From the human T2T-CHM13v2.0 reference genome, Homo sapiens, in assembly GCF_009914755.1 (NCBI RefSeq), contig NC_060926.1: a stretch of 64,000 bases of DNA; one strand, written 5' to 3'. Below are positions 1-17,172 of this stretch, one piece after another. Each line of letters begins with the position of its first letter. Positions within the stretch are counted from its first letter, which is position 1. The translations under genes were made by a program, and so were the position numbers. Under the pieces are notes generated by a model that did no database searches, was not told where the DNA came from, and saw only the letters and a program-made list of their open reading frames with translations.

Positions 1-71
1 TTGGGACTTTGTTGTTAGGTTCAAACGTAGTTATAATTGTTATATCTTCTTGATGAATTGATCCTTTCCTT

Positions 72-2447
<2,376 letters not shown>

Positions 2448-2944
2448 TGATGCTTTTCTTACTATAAAATATCCTTTGTGTCATCAGGAACAATTTTTAC
2501 CTTTAAGTCTATTTTGTGTGATATTAGCCTCACCACTTAAGTTTTCTTTCAGGCACTATTTGCATGTTATATCTTTTTCCTTTCCCTTACTATTAACCAA
2601 TTTGTGTATTTGAATCTAAAGTCTTCTCTTAAAGACAGCATACAGTTTAATCATTTTTTAAAAATTTGTCTGCTGGTCTTTACCTTTTTTCTGGAGTGTT
2701 TAATCTATTTACAATTAATTTAATTACTGATAAGGTAGAATTTATGACTGACATTTTGCTACATGTTTTACATATTTTCTATATCTATGTCTTTATCCTC
2801 CTTCTATTCCTCCATTATTGTTTTGTGTCTCTGTGTGTTATACATATATTTTCTAGTGTACTAATTTAATTTTTTCCTTGTCATTCCTTTTATTATATAT
2901 TTTTGTGTTTGCTTTGGGGATTACAATAAATAATTATTATTAAT

Positions 2945-3245
<301 letters not shown>

Positions 3246-5271
3246 TTATTAATGTTATTGATTAGTAACAATATAGTTCAGATCAATGTCATCTTAATTT
3301 CAGTGGTATATAAAAACTTTGTTCCTATATAGCCTTGTTCTGCCCACCTTTCCTTGTGCTGTTATATTTATACAAACTAAATGTTACACATTGTGTGCCA
3401 ATCAACACAGGTGTGTAACTATGGGTTTGTGCAGTTGTCTTTTAAATCAGATAGAAAAACAAAAGCATTATACACAAAAAATATATTTACACTGTCTTTT
3501 GTATCTACCTATTAGTTGTCTTTTTCTGTGCTCTTAATTTATTTATGTGGATTCAAGTTACTTTCTACTGTTCTTCTATTTTAGCCTGAAGGACCCACTT
3601 GAATATATCTTGTAGGTCAGTTCTCCTAGCAATAAATTCTCTCAGTTTTTGTTTATTTTGAGTCTCCTAATTTTGCCTTTATTTTTGAAGAAATGTTTTG
3701 CTGAATATATAATTTTTGGTTGTCATTTTTTTTAACTTTTAGTGCTTTGAACGTGTCAACATGTCATCCTATTGTATTCTGGCCTCTATAATTTCTGATG
3801 AGAAACCAGTTGATAATTACATTGAAGGTCACTTTTACAAGATGAGCCACTTCTCTCTTTCTATTGACTTTGGCTTTTAATCATTTAATTACATGTCTAG
3901 GTATAGATCTTTCTTGTTTTATCTAGCTTGGAGTTTGTTAAGCTTTCTGAATGTTTACAGCAATGGTTTTTATTAAATTTAGATATTTTGGCCATTATTT
4001 TTTCAATTTTTTTTTCCCTTTTCTTCCTCCTCTCCTCCTGGGGTTTCCATTATATATAGTTGTTATTGGTGCCCCACAGATCTTTAAGGTTCTGCTCCGT
4101 TTTCTTTATTTTTGTTTCTTTTTTTGTTTCTGTTTCACAGAGTGGATAATCTCAGTTGACCTATCTTTAAATTTGCTGAGTCCATCCTCTGCCTGCTCAA
4201 ATGTTATGTTTAGGTCCTATAGTGAAATTCTTATTTCAGTTATTGTATTTTTCAACCTCCGAATTTTTATTTGGTTCTTTTAAATATTTCTCTTTTTATT
4301 GACATTCTCTATTTAGTGAGACATCCTCTGGGTTTTTAGACTTTTTTTTAGTTTTTTAAAAAAACACATTTCAAATAGTTGAATAAAAGTCTTTCTAGTA
4401 ATATCTGGGTTTCTTTTGGAACAGATTTTATTAATCACTTTCTTTCTGTGTATGAACAATACTTTCTCATTTCTTTGCATGCTTCATAATTTTTTGTTGA
4501 AAATTAAATATTTTAAATAATATAATTTGGAAATTCTGAAAATCAGATACTTCTCTCCAGGATTTGTTATTTTTGCTCATGTCACTGTTTTTGGTTTCTT
4601 CAGTGACTTTTGTAAACTAACTCTGTAAGACGTATTCTTGCTGTGTGTGGCCACTAAAATCTCTGCTCAGTTATCTTAGGGGTCAACTAGTGATTTGACA
4701 GACATTTCTTTAAATGCTGGGTAGCAATAAGCCTTTCAGTGTTTTCCAGCTGTGTGCATGTTTGGATAGCCCTTAGACACTCAGCCAGGCAGCTTAAAAT
4801 TCTGCATTATCTTCATTTCCTGCTTTCCAGAATCTTAAGACTAGCTGGAGGTGAGAGTTTAGGGTCTTCTTTGGTTGTTCGTGAACATGTACACAGCTTT
4901 GAGCATATCCATAGTTTTATACATGCATGTGACTTTCTAGGTTCCCCAAAATTGGTCAGAGCTTTTCAAAGCCCCCATGTAAACTTATTCCCACCTTTTC
5001 CTTTTAATTTTAAAGTTTTATTGTTGTTGTTGTTCTTAGCCATTGTTTGCCCCAACTGTTATCTACTGTCTTAGGCAGCCTCAGAAATAAATAATTGTCC
5101 ATAATTGTTTTCAACAAACACCCCTAAAAGAAAAAGCTTTTTATACTGGGCCAGTGCCAAGTCAGTTCAAATACTCTCAGCTTTGCAAGTGGAATCTTCC
5201 AGAGAATCACCAGACAGGTCAAATTATGATAATCTCTGGGAATTAGGTTTTGAAAGAATGCCAACCCTCTT

Positions 5272-5290
5272 CTGCGCCCTCTGGTGGCCT
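5272..5290 (-). promoter_or_regulatory. Candidate CTCF binding motif within the L1M 5' region
   Basis: Minus strand reads AGGCCACCAGAGGGCGCAG, matching core CCASYAGRKGGCRS with no mismatch. Confidence 0.6.
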
Positions 5291-5579
5291 CCAGCCTGCT
5301 GATTTTTACTCAGAAAGCAAGGTATTGATTTTCAAGGCTTTCATGGAGTGGGAGAGATAAGAATTAAAATAGGGTAAATTTAAAACACCAGAAATTCACT
5401 GTTCTTACCAAGATTTAGCTGTTTTTCTTGACTAAATCTTCCCTGATTGATGCAAACTTTTAGTTAATTTCCAGAGTTCAAAAAAAGTTGATTCTGACTT
5501 TTTTTTGTAGGTTTTAAAAATTGTTTTATGAAAGGGAAAATTTTCAGAGGTCCTTACATTGCCATGTCACTGGCATCAC

Positions 5580-8080
5580 TCTCTGTATAGTTTATTTAAA
5601 AAGGAATGTGCAACTATTTTTTCAAGTGATTGTACTATTTTACGCTCTCACAAGCAATGCATGAATGTTGCAATTGCTCCACCAATATTCGGTGTTGTTA
5701 ATCAGTTTTATTTTGGTCTGTTAGATATTTGTGTGAAGGTTTTTTGTTTTTTATCATTTTTTGGTGGTTTTTTATGAATTCCAATTGATTAATTTGTTTT
5801 ATATTTAGATATTTTTGTATTCCATCTAAAAAATAATTTCCTACCTTAAAATACCAAAGATAGTCTACTATCTTTCCTGCTAGAAGCTTTATAGTTTATG
5901 GTTTTACATTTAGGTCTATGATCTAGCTCAAATAATTTTATATATGTTGTGAAGTAGGGGTAAAGGTTTATTGTTTCCCATATATATTTTATATATATAT
6001 ATTATATATATTTATTTGTTTCATTACTCTGTCCTAAAAAATATTATGCATTCTTCACTAAATTTTCCTGATGTTTTATGTTAATATCAATTAACATATG
6101 TTTATTGGTCTTTATTTCTGGAATCTCAATGATCAGTTTTGTTAATCTAATTTTCTATCCTCGATACCAATATTACATTAGATAAATTACCAAGGCTATG
6201 TAGTCAACCTTGGGATAAGGTTATCTGAGCTACCTAACTTTGTTGTTTATTTCAAGAATTTTTGGTCTAGATTATTTGTGTGTTTATATATTTTAGAATT
6301 TACCATCACTTTCTTGAAAAGGACAAAGGGAATTTTTAATCTATAGGTCAATTTGGGAAGAATTGACATCAAACAATGTTAAATCTTTCAATCCGTGAAC
6401 ACAGCATATCTTTCTATTTAGGTCTCCATTAATTTTTCTCAGCCTTATTATACAGTATTATATAGTATTCTTACATGCCTTTTGTCAAGCTTATCTCCAA
6501 ATTCTTTATGCTTTTATATGCTGCCGAAACAGTATTTTAAAATTACATTTTAAAATTTATTTTCATAATTGTTTTTTTGTATTGTTTACACCTCCTGAAA
6601 ACTTGCTAAATTTACTCGTTAGTTCCAGTAGTTGTTTTATAGATTACTTAGGGTTTTTTTATGTAAACAATTCTGTCATCTACAAATAAAGACAGTTTTA
6701 CTTTTTACTTTTCCATCTGTATATTTTTAACATTTTGTCTTGCCTTATCGCACTGGCTAGGACCTCTAATACGATGTTGAATAAATATGGCTATAGCAAA
6801 TATTTTTGATTAGTTCTCAATCTTAGGGAGAAGGTGTATAATATTTAATAATTGATATGGTATTAATGGTAGAGTTTTGGTTTTGCTTCTTTGGATTTGG
6901 CAGAAAGGGCTGCTTTTTTCAGTTTGAGGAAATTCCCTCTGTTAGTTTTCTCAGAGTTTTTAAAATAATCATAAATGAGTGATAATTTTTTCAAATGTCT
7001 TTTTTTCCATCTATTGAGATGATTATATAGTTGGGTTCTTTTTTATTAGTTAAGTTATTGTAGGAATGCAATCTTGCATTCCTAGATATCCTAGGTTGCA
7101 TTACTAGGATAAACCTTACTTGGTCTTTTAATATACAGCTTAATTTGATTTGCTAATTATTTCTTTCTTTCTTTATTTTTATTTATTTTGAGATGGAGTA
7201 TCACTCTGTTGCCCAGGCTGGAGTGCAGTGGCGCAATCTCGGCTCACTGAAACCTCTGCCTCCCGGGTTCAAGCGATTCTCCAGCCTCAGCCTCCTGAGT
7301 AGCTGAGACTACAGGCACGTGCCACCATGCCTAGCTAATTTTTGTATTTTTAATAGAGACAGGGTTTCACCATGTTGGCCAGGGTGGTCTTGATCTCTTG
7401 ACCTTGTGATCCACCTGCCTAGGCTTCCCAAAGTGCTGGGATTACAGGCATGAGCCACCACACCCAGCCATTAATCTATTTTTAAGAATTTTTCTGTCTA
7501 TGGTTTGAGGAGATGTTGGTTAGTAACTTTCTTTTCTTACAAGGTCTTTGGAACTTTTGATAGCTTGTTATTAGAGTTACACTGCCTTCATAGCATAAAT
7601 TAAGGAGTGTTTCCTTCTTTTCTATTTTCTAAAATAGTTTCCATGTGATTGATTTCGTTTCTTATTTAAATGTTTGATAGAATTCGCCAGTAAAACCATC
7701 TGGGGCTAGGGTGTTCTTTGTGGAAAGATTTTGTATTGCGAATTTAATTTTTTAATAGACAAAGAGTTATTAAAATTTTCTAATTTTTGTCAATTTTAGC
7801 AAGCTGTATTTTTAAAGAAAGTTGTACATTTGTTTTAAATTGGGGAATTAGTGGAATAAATTTTTTCATAGTATTCTTATTGTCCTTTTAAAATCTGAAA
7901 CATCTGTATGATATCTTTTCTTCCATTCTTGATATGAGTAATTTGTGTTTCTCTTTCTTTCTTCATCTGTTTTGCCAGACATTTATTATTTTATCAATAT
8001 CTTCAAAGAATAAACTTTTTGCTTTATTAGCTTTCTCTATTGTTTGTTCATTACTTATTTCATTTATTTTTGCTCTCCTA
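5580..8080 (-). mobile_element. Ancient L1 (L1ME/L1MC-like) ORF2 and 3' fragments
   Basis: Degenerate antisense ORF2 phrases (aatttgggaagaattgacatc, gtcatctacaaataaagacagtttt, gtaaaaccatctgggg). Confidence 0.75.
7158..7469 (-). mobile_element. Alu (AluS)
   Basis: Full dimer in reverse with T-rich tail. Confidence 0.95.
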
Positions 8081-8196
8081 CTGAATGGAGGATTCCTTTG
8101 TCTTAATTTATTATGCATACCACAGTGAATGAGTTTACTAAATCACTGTTTTTTCGGTCTGGTGCAAATCACACCTGAGTTTGGCATATTAAATTC

Positions 8197-8512
<316 letters not shown>

Positions 8513-8527
8513 TAGGGCATAAGGAAG

Positions 8528-8675
8528 CGCTGTGGTATAGCAGAAAGTCCTCTGATCTTGGATTCAGCATTTCAAAACTATCACTCAACTTCTTTATCCT
8601 CAATTTTCTTGTATGTAAAATAGTGATAATAATAATTGCATATAACTTGTGTGAAGTGTTTGGAACATAGTAATC
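8528..8675 (+). mobile_element. MIR fragment
   Basis: tgtggtatagcagaaag...cctcaattttcttgtatgtaaaatagtgataataata resembles the MIR core. Confidence 0.55.
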
Positions 8676-8999
8676 ATTCTCTGATGGTTAACCTCAGGAG
8701 TCATAGCAGCTCCTCACTGTCTATGTAGCTCATTGACCAGTATCTATTATTTAACACATAACCTGATTATAAATATTTCAGGTATGTATCATCTGTGATG
8801 GGAATAATTCCAAAGAGGGAACATTTCCCAAAGGTATTTATAAATAGCCTCTAGTGCTTACCCTTTTCTAAATGTTATCTGAAGGACACTAAAGGAAATC
8901 AGATTGAGTTCAAATAAATATCAGTCTATAGTTCAAAATTAAATTGTCTTTTAGTTTAATTTTTGTGAAAATCTATTGTCTCAGGAAAACTCTGCTGTA

Positions 9000-9468
9000 A
9001 GCCAAGTCAGTTAACATTTCATCCCCAAATTGCATGACATGAAACAATAACACTAGTTTAACTCAATTGTGGTTCAGCACTTTAGGTTAAGCTCAGTTAG
9101 GTGTTCTGTTGATCTAAGTTGGTTCACTCTTGGTTTTCAACCAGCAGTTGATCAACTAAGTAGATCTGCTTCTGAGTTTGGATGGCTATTGATTAGAAAA
9201 ATGAGGGAAACTGTGTTACTTATCTCTCACCTTCTAACAGGGTAACTCAGGCTTGTTCATGTGGTGGCTCCAGGTTCCAAGAGTAGCAAGAGAGCAAGGT
9301 CCAATATGGAAGTTCTTTCCAAGCCTCTGCTTGTGTCACATTTGCTCATGTCCCGCTGGTGAAAGTGAGTCACTGGGACAATCCTGATTTAAAGGGGGTG
9401 GAGAATAGGCCCCACCATTTGATGGGAGTCAGCAGCAAAGAATTATGGTCATTTTGGTCATCTACCAC
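9000..9468 (-). mobile_element. MLT1 (ERVL-MaLR) solo LTR, old subfamily
   Basis: caagcctctgcttgtgtcacatttgct...ccatttgatggga...gcaaagaattatggtcattttggtcatctaccaca terminus. Confidence 0.75.
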
Positions 9469-10239
9469 ACTGGCTCTGGGCTCTGGATGTAGTGGGAGAA
9501 ATATGAGGCCAAGAGGGATGTGTTTCTCGTCAGTATCTCCAGGATGTTAACAAAGGCATGCCTTGCATCCGAAGGACAGTTGGGACAACTCCTGTGTCGC
9601 CATCCAGCTAGTGCTTTAATCTGTGAAGAGCTTTCTTGGCAAATCAACAAATACATTCTGCTTAGAGATTGCTAGAAAAATATTTGATTCTCCAGATAGC
9701 CGAAATATAAACTTTTCTTTGTTATCTTTACCCTGTTCTTCTTCCTCTTTCCCCCAATCATCCTACTTCCTAACCCATTTGATGTCTTTTACAAAAGCCT
9801 GCCACTGACTTTCGTAGCTTTCATCCCTGTGAATGATGAGGAAATGTGCCAAATACCTGCTGATTTATCTGAAATGGGGCGTAAGGCTCATAAACTCAAA
9901 AATAAGATAAAAGAGAGCTGACAGTCCAGGCTAAATTCTACAATCCAATTTCAGATTCTTCCCAGTTGATCTCACAGCATATATGCAAGTGCACATACTT
10001 GAATACACACCACACCTCTGCCCATGATCACCTTTAAACAGTCATAAACAAAAATATACACAGATTGACTTCAGTAAACATGCTGTATAGGATGGGAGGA
10101 CTGGCAGGAGGGAAGTAAAGAGAGAAGATATGTTCTCTAGTACTCCAGCATCTCACAGAGACACAGTGATAGCTCTCTTGTTAGCTTACGTGCTTGCTCT
10201 CCCAGTATTTCTCTTCAATATTATCTCATCAGAAAAAGT

Positions 10240-10670
10240 TGTATCAGTTAGCTATTGCTATGTCACAAACCACCACAAAACCAATCACTTGAAACAAAAA
10301 ACATTTGCTATGTATCATGAGTCTACGTGTTGGATAGGCAGTTCTATTTATCTGATCCAGACTCAGCTAAGCTTCTTTGGGCTTACTCATGAATTTGCTA
10401 TCAGCTGCAGAACAGAAGTGGACTGACTAGTCTAGGATGGTCTTAGCTGTGGAAACTTGGCCTTCCTCTGTGTCTCTCACATTCCTACAGCAAGTTAGCT
10501 CAGGGATATCTCGTGTTTATGGCAAACAAACAAGAATGGCAAGAAAGCAAACAGCAATTCACAAGTGCAAGTGTTTCTTAAGATTCTGCTTGCACCTTGT
10601 TTGCTAAGCCCCATTGGCCAAAGCAAGTCACACAGCTGAGCACAGAGAGAAAGGGCCAGTCAGAATCTCT
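10240..10670 (-). mobile_element. MLT1 (ERVL-MaLR) LTR
   Basis: tgtatcagttagctattgctatgtcacaaaccaccacaaaac start; ccattggccaaagcaagtcac motif. Confidence 0.75.
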
Positions 10671-10784
10671 TACCCAAAATGGTCGTAGTAAAAACTGGAA
10701 AATCAATCCAATTAATTTACCATTCCAGTTGTGCAACATTACGGAAATTTTAAAAATATTCATGTAATTGTTTGTCACATTATT

Positions 10785-10910
10785 ATTATTATGAGACAGG
10801 GTCTTGCTCAGTTTCCCAGGCTGGAGTGCAGCGGCACAGTTACAGCTCACTGTAACCTCAAACACCTAGGCTTAAGTGATCCTCCCCCCACAGCCTCCCC
10901 AGTAGCTAGG
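10785..10910 (-). mobile_element. 5'-truncated AluJ/FRAM-like monomer with perfect 17-bp TSD
   Basis: gagacagggtcttgctc...gtgatcctccc...agtagctagg flanked by ttgtttgtcacattatt at 10768-10784 and 10911-10927. Confidence 0.9.
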
Positions 10911-11983
10911 TTGTTTGTCACATTATTGAATGATCCACAATCTAATTCTTACCCTTGATGGTGTAATTCATTCCTAGCGATAATTTCTTTTAATCCTTTA
11001 TGTCAGCGTGTCTTCCTGAGACTCCAGTCAGCCTGGATTTGTCTGCAGGCCCAGGAAGGGGGATAGTGCAGTGGCCAGTTTTTAGTGTTCCCTTGTGGGT
11101 ATATGCGTCCTGGCTTGGGGTTAGCCCTATGTCTTTTCTCCTTTAACTTTATGCCAGGATACAACTCAGAAGATTTACTCATTGAAGAGACTCTCACTTT
11201 TGAGCAGCAGAACTGGGCCTCCTTACTCACAGACTCTCACAGGCAGCCTAGGACTCCCGCTCTTGGGCCTCCAGGTTTTTTATGTGGATAATAGAAAGAA
11301 TCAGCTCTCACTAGGAGCTTGAGGTATATGTGTATGTAGCAGGGGAGGACTGGGGAACATTAGCTTGAATATAGGACACTGTGCTAAATGTGTAAGAGTG
11401 AGACACTGGCTAGAATCCACCCTCTTAGCCATTTATCCAACTTATTGCTGTCTAAAAGATATAACCTTGTCATCAAGAATGGATAAAACAAGAAGGAATT
11501 AGATTAAATGGTAAAAATTATCTTGCAGTAAAAACTAAACAGCACTTACTGCTAAAATGTATCATATTAGAATAGTGGAGGTCTCCTTTTGAATAGTTTG
11601 AGGATCTAGAGACCTAGCCCTCTGTCTAGGTTGAGCTTGCTACAAGGGGTCGTTAGACAAAGGGGAAGTTCTGCTCAGACCTTCTGAATTATGTATGCTG
11701 AGAATGACCTTTTACCATCCCTAGCAGCTTCCACCTCCAGTAGCTGTTCTGCTCACCAGCCACTGCTTCTGACCTTTCCTAGACTCTGAGACAAGGCTAG
11801 AGTGACTTTCCCTCCTTGTTCCAGAGCACACAGAGGCTCCAGGGTGCATGTCCAGCCCTCACACCAACCGCGCAGCAGCTGAGAGCCTCACACCCATCAG
11901 CTTGCCTGTGGAGTGAGGTCACAAGATATTTCAGTCCTTTGAAAAAGGTGTGAACCCCAGCTAAAGGGGAGGAAGTGTTTTGA

Positions 11984-12306
<323 letters not shown>

Positions 12307-12346
12307 GATTTTTTTTCTCTTGCTTTAACATTAAGAGCATAAAAAA

Positions 12347-12716
<370 letters not shown>

Positions 12717-14826
12717 TTAAAAATAAATGCATTTCGAAATACGCTGAGAATCCAAACATATCTTTTTCATCTTCTTACGTCATGGGCATTGGGAAATACT
12801 TAACAGCAGATGGAATAGTATTTTTAAATGCCAAAAGAAAATAACCATCAGCCTGGAATTCAATATTAAGTAAAAATATCTTTCAAAAGTGAGGGAGTAA
12901 TAACAACTGCAGTCAGTAAACCTCCGTCAATGAGACAGACACCTGGAGAATCTTCCCTACATTGCCAGCACATTGACTTGGAATGGAACAGGAAAGGGAC
13001 AGCTGTGGCATTGCTTCCTAGCACTAAGGAAACCAGGGGGTACTTTCTCACCAGGTCATTATCTCTGAAACTGAGGGCAGCTCTGAAGTCCAAATCCAGA
13101 GTGGCCCAGGTGTGGAAGAAGGAAAGGGAAGTCTTCAAATGGCTAGGGCCATCTTTCTATGGAGCGGTAGGCTGGAAGCTAATGATCGCTCCTGAAATGA
13201 TGATGTTTGAGTTGAGCCAGGACAGCCTTGTGGTAGGACTACTGTACAGGTGATGGAAATATTTATCAGGAGGCTAGAAAATAAGCTTCTAGCACTCCTT
13301 TACCTCAAGGTTCTTGCATTCTGCTTTTGGCTTCGAAAGATAAGAGGTGGGAGTTGAATGGGAAACTGGCCTGCAGGGGATCTGGTTCCCATGCTCAGCC
13401 TTTGCTTTGAAAACCTCAAGTAGAACTAACAAAGTTTTACTCCTACACAGCCTTGAATAAACTCACCCCTCGTCATTCTCCTAGCCTCTTCTTCTCTTGT
13501 TCTTTTCAGGCTCCTCTGCTTGGTTCTCCAACTAAATTACCACTCCTTGCCCCTCCCTAAACTTTTCCCAGGCAGAATACCATCCCTGAGAAATGGCTAT
13601 TCTACCTTTTTCTTCAAGGGTCTGGCCTCTCATTTTTTTCAGAAGCTTTTAAGAAGAGCCCTTTTCCATAAAGTCTTTTTCCTAAGCCAATAAGAACAAT
13701 AAAAGGTAATAATTACTCCCTGTTCTTCCCTATCTAAATGTATCATAATACTCCTCCCTTACTGCTTCATCCCATCAAAACGTACACCACTGATTTCAAC
13801 AAAATGTAAAAAATTCACTTTGCCTATTTGCATATATATTTCACTTGAGTTATACCAATGTCTGTCCTTTACATGCTGATATTTTAGGACCCTAGAGGCT
13901 TTTGGGATCATCTAACCTCAAGAGAAAATTATTCATCAGAAAAATTTAGATGAATCTACCCTGGACAGCTTTGGGGGCTGCCACAGTGAGATAATTTTTT
14001 TGTTCTCATGTGAACCCTGCTTACGAATTCATGCACATAATTGCTGCTGCCATCTACCTGGCACTTTGCTGGTCTTAACTATACAGTCACCTGTTGTTTC
14101 ACAGGTAATCAGACTTAGATTAGAAACAATGATAACCAAGGCCCATTTGCCCTAGGCAAAAGGCTGGCGGCAGGAGGCCTTAAAGAGATTTAACAGGCTC
14201 TGTGTTTTATTTCATCATGTATTCTATCTAGTATTTTAATGGGAATTTATGTGGTGTGGATATGGGATGGGGATGGAGGAGGTTATTAAGACGAGTGATG
14301 ATGGACGGAAGGAAGTAACTGACTAGCTTCGTCTAAAGATTCGTCTGCTTCCCCATGCTCCGCCCTGCAGAAGATAATAGCCATCTGTTCTGCAAGTCCA
14401 CTGGGGAATGAGCAAGGCAACACTGGTTAATAATGTGGCAAAGGAGAGTCAGGGTACACAATGAATTTCACAACTGACAAGTTCCTCGGACACTGGGACC
14501 ATTGACCGAGTGCTCTGAGAAGTGGGGTGACATGCCCTTCTCTGGAGGCCATCAGACACATCTGTCTGGCAGGATATAAATGTGGTGCTACCCAGAGGGA
14601 GAAGAATGGACAAATGGATGCTGGGTTCATGCATTCCAGCCTGGAGATGTTTATTTTAAACGTCATTCCTATCCTGAGAAGGAGGTCTAGAAGTTGCTCC
14701 ACCAAGGTTTTGAAGATGTCTTTCTCTTTTCTCTTAATTCTCCTGAAAAGAGAAAAGTAAAAGAATTTCTCAGGGAAGAAAGTATGATTTCTTTACACAC
14801 AAGTTCATGTGGCTCCTACCGCAGCT

Positions 14827-14829
<3 letters not shown>

Positions 14830-14864
<35 letters not shown>
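14830..14864. repeat. (CA)n microsatellite
   Basis: About 17 CA units seen directly. Confidence 0.97.
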
Positions 14865-14866
<2 letters not shown>

Positions 14867-16516
14867 CGTGGACCTAAAGACATAAACATTTACACTGGAA
14901 AGAAACAAGTCATGGCCCTTTCCTCTCACAAAATGTGTGTAGCATGGGGACTTTTTATTTTTCTCTTGACACACTTTAATGATAATCTAATAAAATAAGT
15001 CTAAAGAGATATAAATCAGAATCATAAACTAGAATGACTTGAAAGCATCTTGAAAATCATGTGGTGGATAAGGAAACTGAGTCACAGAGAAGTAGGATAA
15101 ACTCAGGGTTACCAGAATGACCCAAGGCAGATGAGAAGGCATTAATAATAAATAAAACATGGAGAGGAGTAGAGAGCTCTTCAATCCCCTAGGAGAAGGG
15201 TTAAAATGCTGCCTTTAAAGCAATAAAAAGGAGAAATTGTTCCAATGGCTGGCAGTGATGTGCAAAAATCTGGAACATAGTTTTCCAAGCAAAGATATAA
15301 GTGGGACACGGAAGGGGCGAGGAAGCAATTGAGTTATATGCCCCTTAAAATTCACAGGTATCCTCTCCCTGGTCAATACACGCTCAAGCATCTGTGTTCC
15401 TTTAGAAACTCCTTCAGTTCACAGACTTGTAGATATTTAAACAGTTCATTTGCATCATATGCACATTTAACTCTAAAGCTGGGGGTGAAAGTAACTGTGC
15501 TGGATTTACTGAGCAATGGTACACTGTTCTCCAATGAAGAAACTTTCCAAAGGAGTTTCTATGCTAGTTTTACTTTCCACAGTTGGGGGACTTTTTTTTT
15601 TTTTTAACTTTAGGAAAGCAAAAGTTTTATAAGTAAATGTCTGAAACCCTGTGCAAGATGTAACTCTACTTTAATAGCTGAGTTCTCCGACTGGACTGAT
15701 TGCCAAATAGCCAACACCAATCTGTTCAATATGACATTAAGACAGTTATTTTGCACTTAAGGAATCTTCTTTGCCAAGCGTATTCAAAGGGCTACATGAC
15801 ACAGTTAGTCATTGCAGACTGGTTTTCTGATTTGTATTAGACAAGAACAATCCCTCTGCCTGATGAGGACATCAACCCATTCTTGGGGGTCAGCTGCAGT
15901 ACGGACAGCTGTGTTACCTGCATACGTCCTAGTGTTCTGTCCATGGCACCATGGCTGAAGAGTCCGGAGATCCGGCTTCTGGGCCAGAATCAATCATCAA
16001 CCTTCTGCGTTATTCAGATAAACACTTTACCCAAGTACGCACTTCTCACTATCTAACAACAATTTCAAAGCATTTTGAAAAAAGTCCTAGCTGATGATTG
16101 GACACCCTCTATCAGAGGACTCTTTTATCAAGGTCCATTCAACTTTTGTTTTCTAAGAATCTGGATGATTTCAACTTTGAAAGGCAAAGCAAAACCAGCG
16201 GTGGGAGAGGCTTCTGGTTAGAGAATAGACTTTGAAATCAGACCTGCCTTTTATCACTTACTAGCAGTGCAACTATGGGTAAGTTTTTTATACCTACTAA
16301 GCATGTTCCTCAAATGTAACTTGGAGTAACTGCATTTTCTCTTCAAAGCTTTGGGGTATGTTTTTACTGAGACCTTCTCTAAAAAGTGCTTGGATAAAAC
16401 CTGGCATATTGGAAATGTTCAAAAAATGCCCAGTATTTTCCTGATACTTTATTGATTTTCAAACAGATGAGATATATCATTTCACATGCCCCCAGCTGTT
16501 GATTCTCAATATAGCA

Positions 16517-16583
16517 ATCATCTAAAATATGAATTGGATCATCTAAAATATGAATATGAGTCATCTAAAATATGAATTGGATC
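16517..16583. repeat. Short tandem repeat, ~21-bp unit, 3 copies
   Basis: atcatctaaaatatgaattgg repeated; middle copy variant. Confidence 0.9.
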
Positions 16584-16589
16584 TTATTG

Positions 16590-17172
16590 GTCCTTGGCTC
16601 AGATCTCTACAGTGATTCTCCATGTCACTCAGAGTAGGAGCCAGACTCTTTACACAGGTTCTTCACCCCATCTCACTCCTTTTACCCCATCCCACACCAC
16701 CTCCTCTGGTTGAGCGTGGCACAGAAGCCAGATCTCCACACTACATCTCCCACTACCCTTCCCTTGGGGTCCCTGCATTCCGGCCACCTTGACCTTGTTG
16801 CCTCAAGTCCTTCTACTGCTTGCAACACTTTCCCCAGGTATCCCCAAGGTCAAGGTCTCCTCAATCTTTTCAGGAATCAATTAAGAAGTTTCATTAACAG
16901 CAAGGATATCAACCAGCCCATATAAAGTATTAATAATAAGACCTACCTATCCTAGCGCCTTTATCCCTTGCACCCTGCTGTATCTTTCTCCAAATCACTT
17001 ATCACCATCAAACATATCTTCACTACTTTGTTTTTAGTATCTCCTCAACTTGAAAGTTACTCTATAAGGGTAGTCACGCCCTTCATTTATTCACTGCAGC
17101 ATTCCAGCACCTTGAACAATATTCCAGTGTTCTAGGCACTCCGTATCTATTTTTTGAAAGAAGTCATGCATG
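16590..17172 (+). mobile_element. L2 3' fragment
   Basis: cactcagagtaggagccaga, tttattcactgcagcattccagcacc...ggcactcc..tatttttgaaagaa resembles the L2 3' end. Confidence 0.7.

Noticed and set aside
14046-14063. CTCF-like sequence (also ~34272 and within MER20 at ~57075)
   Set aside because: Mismatch or indel at highly constrained core positions
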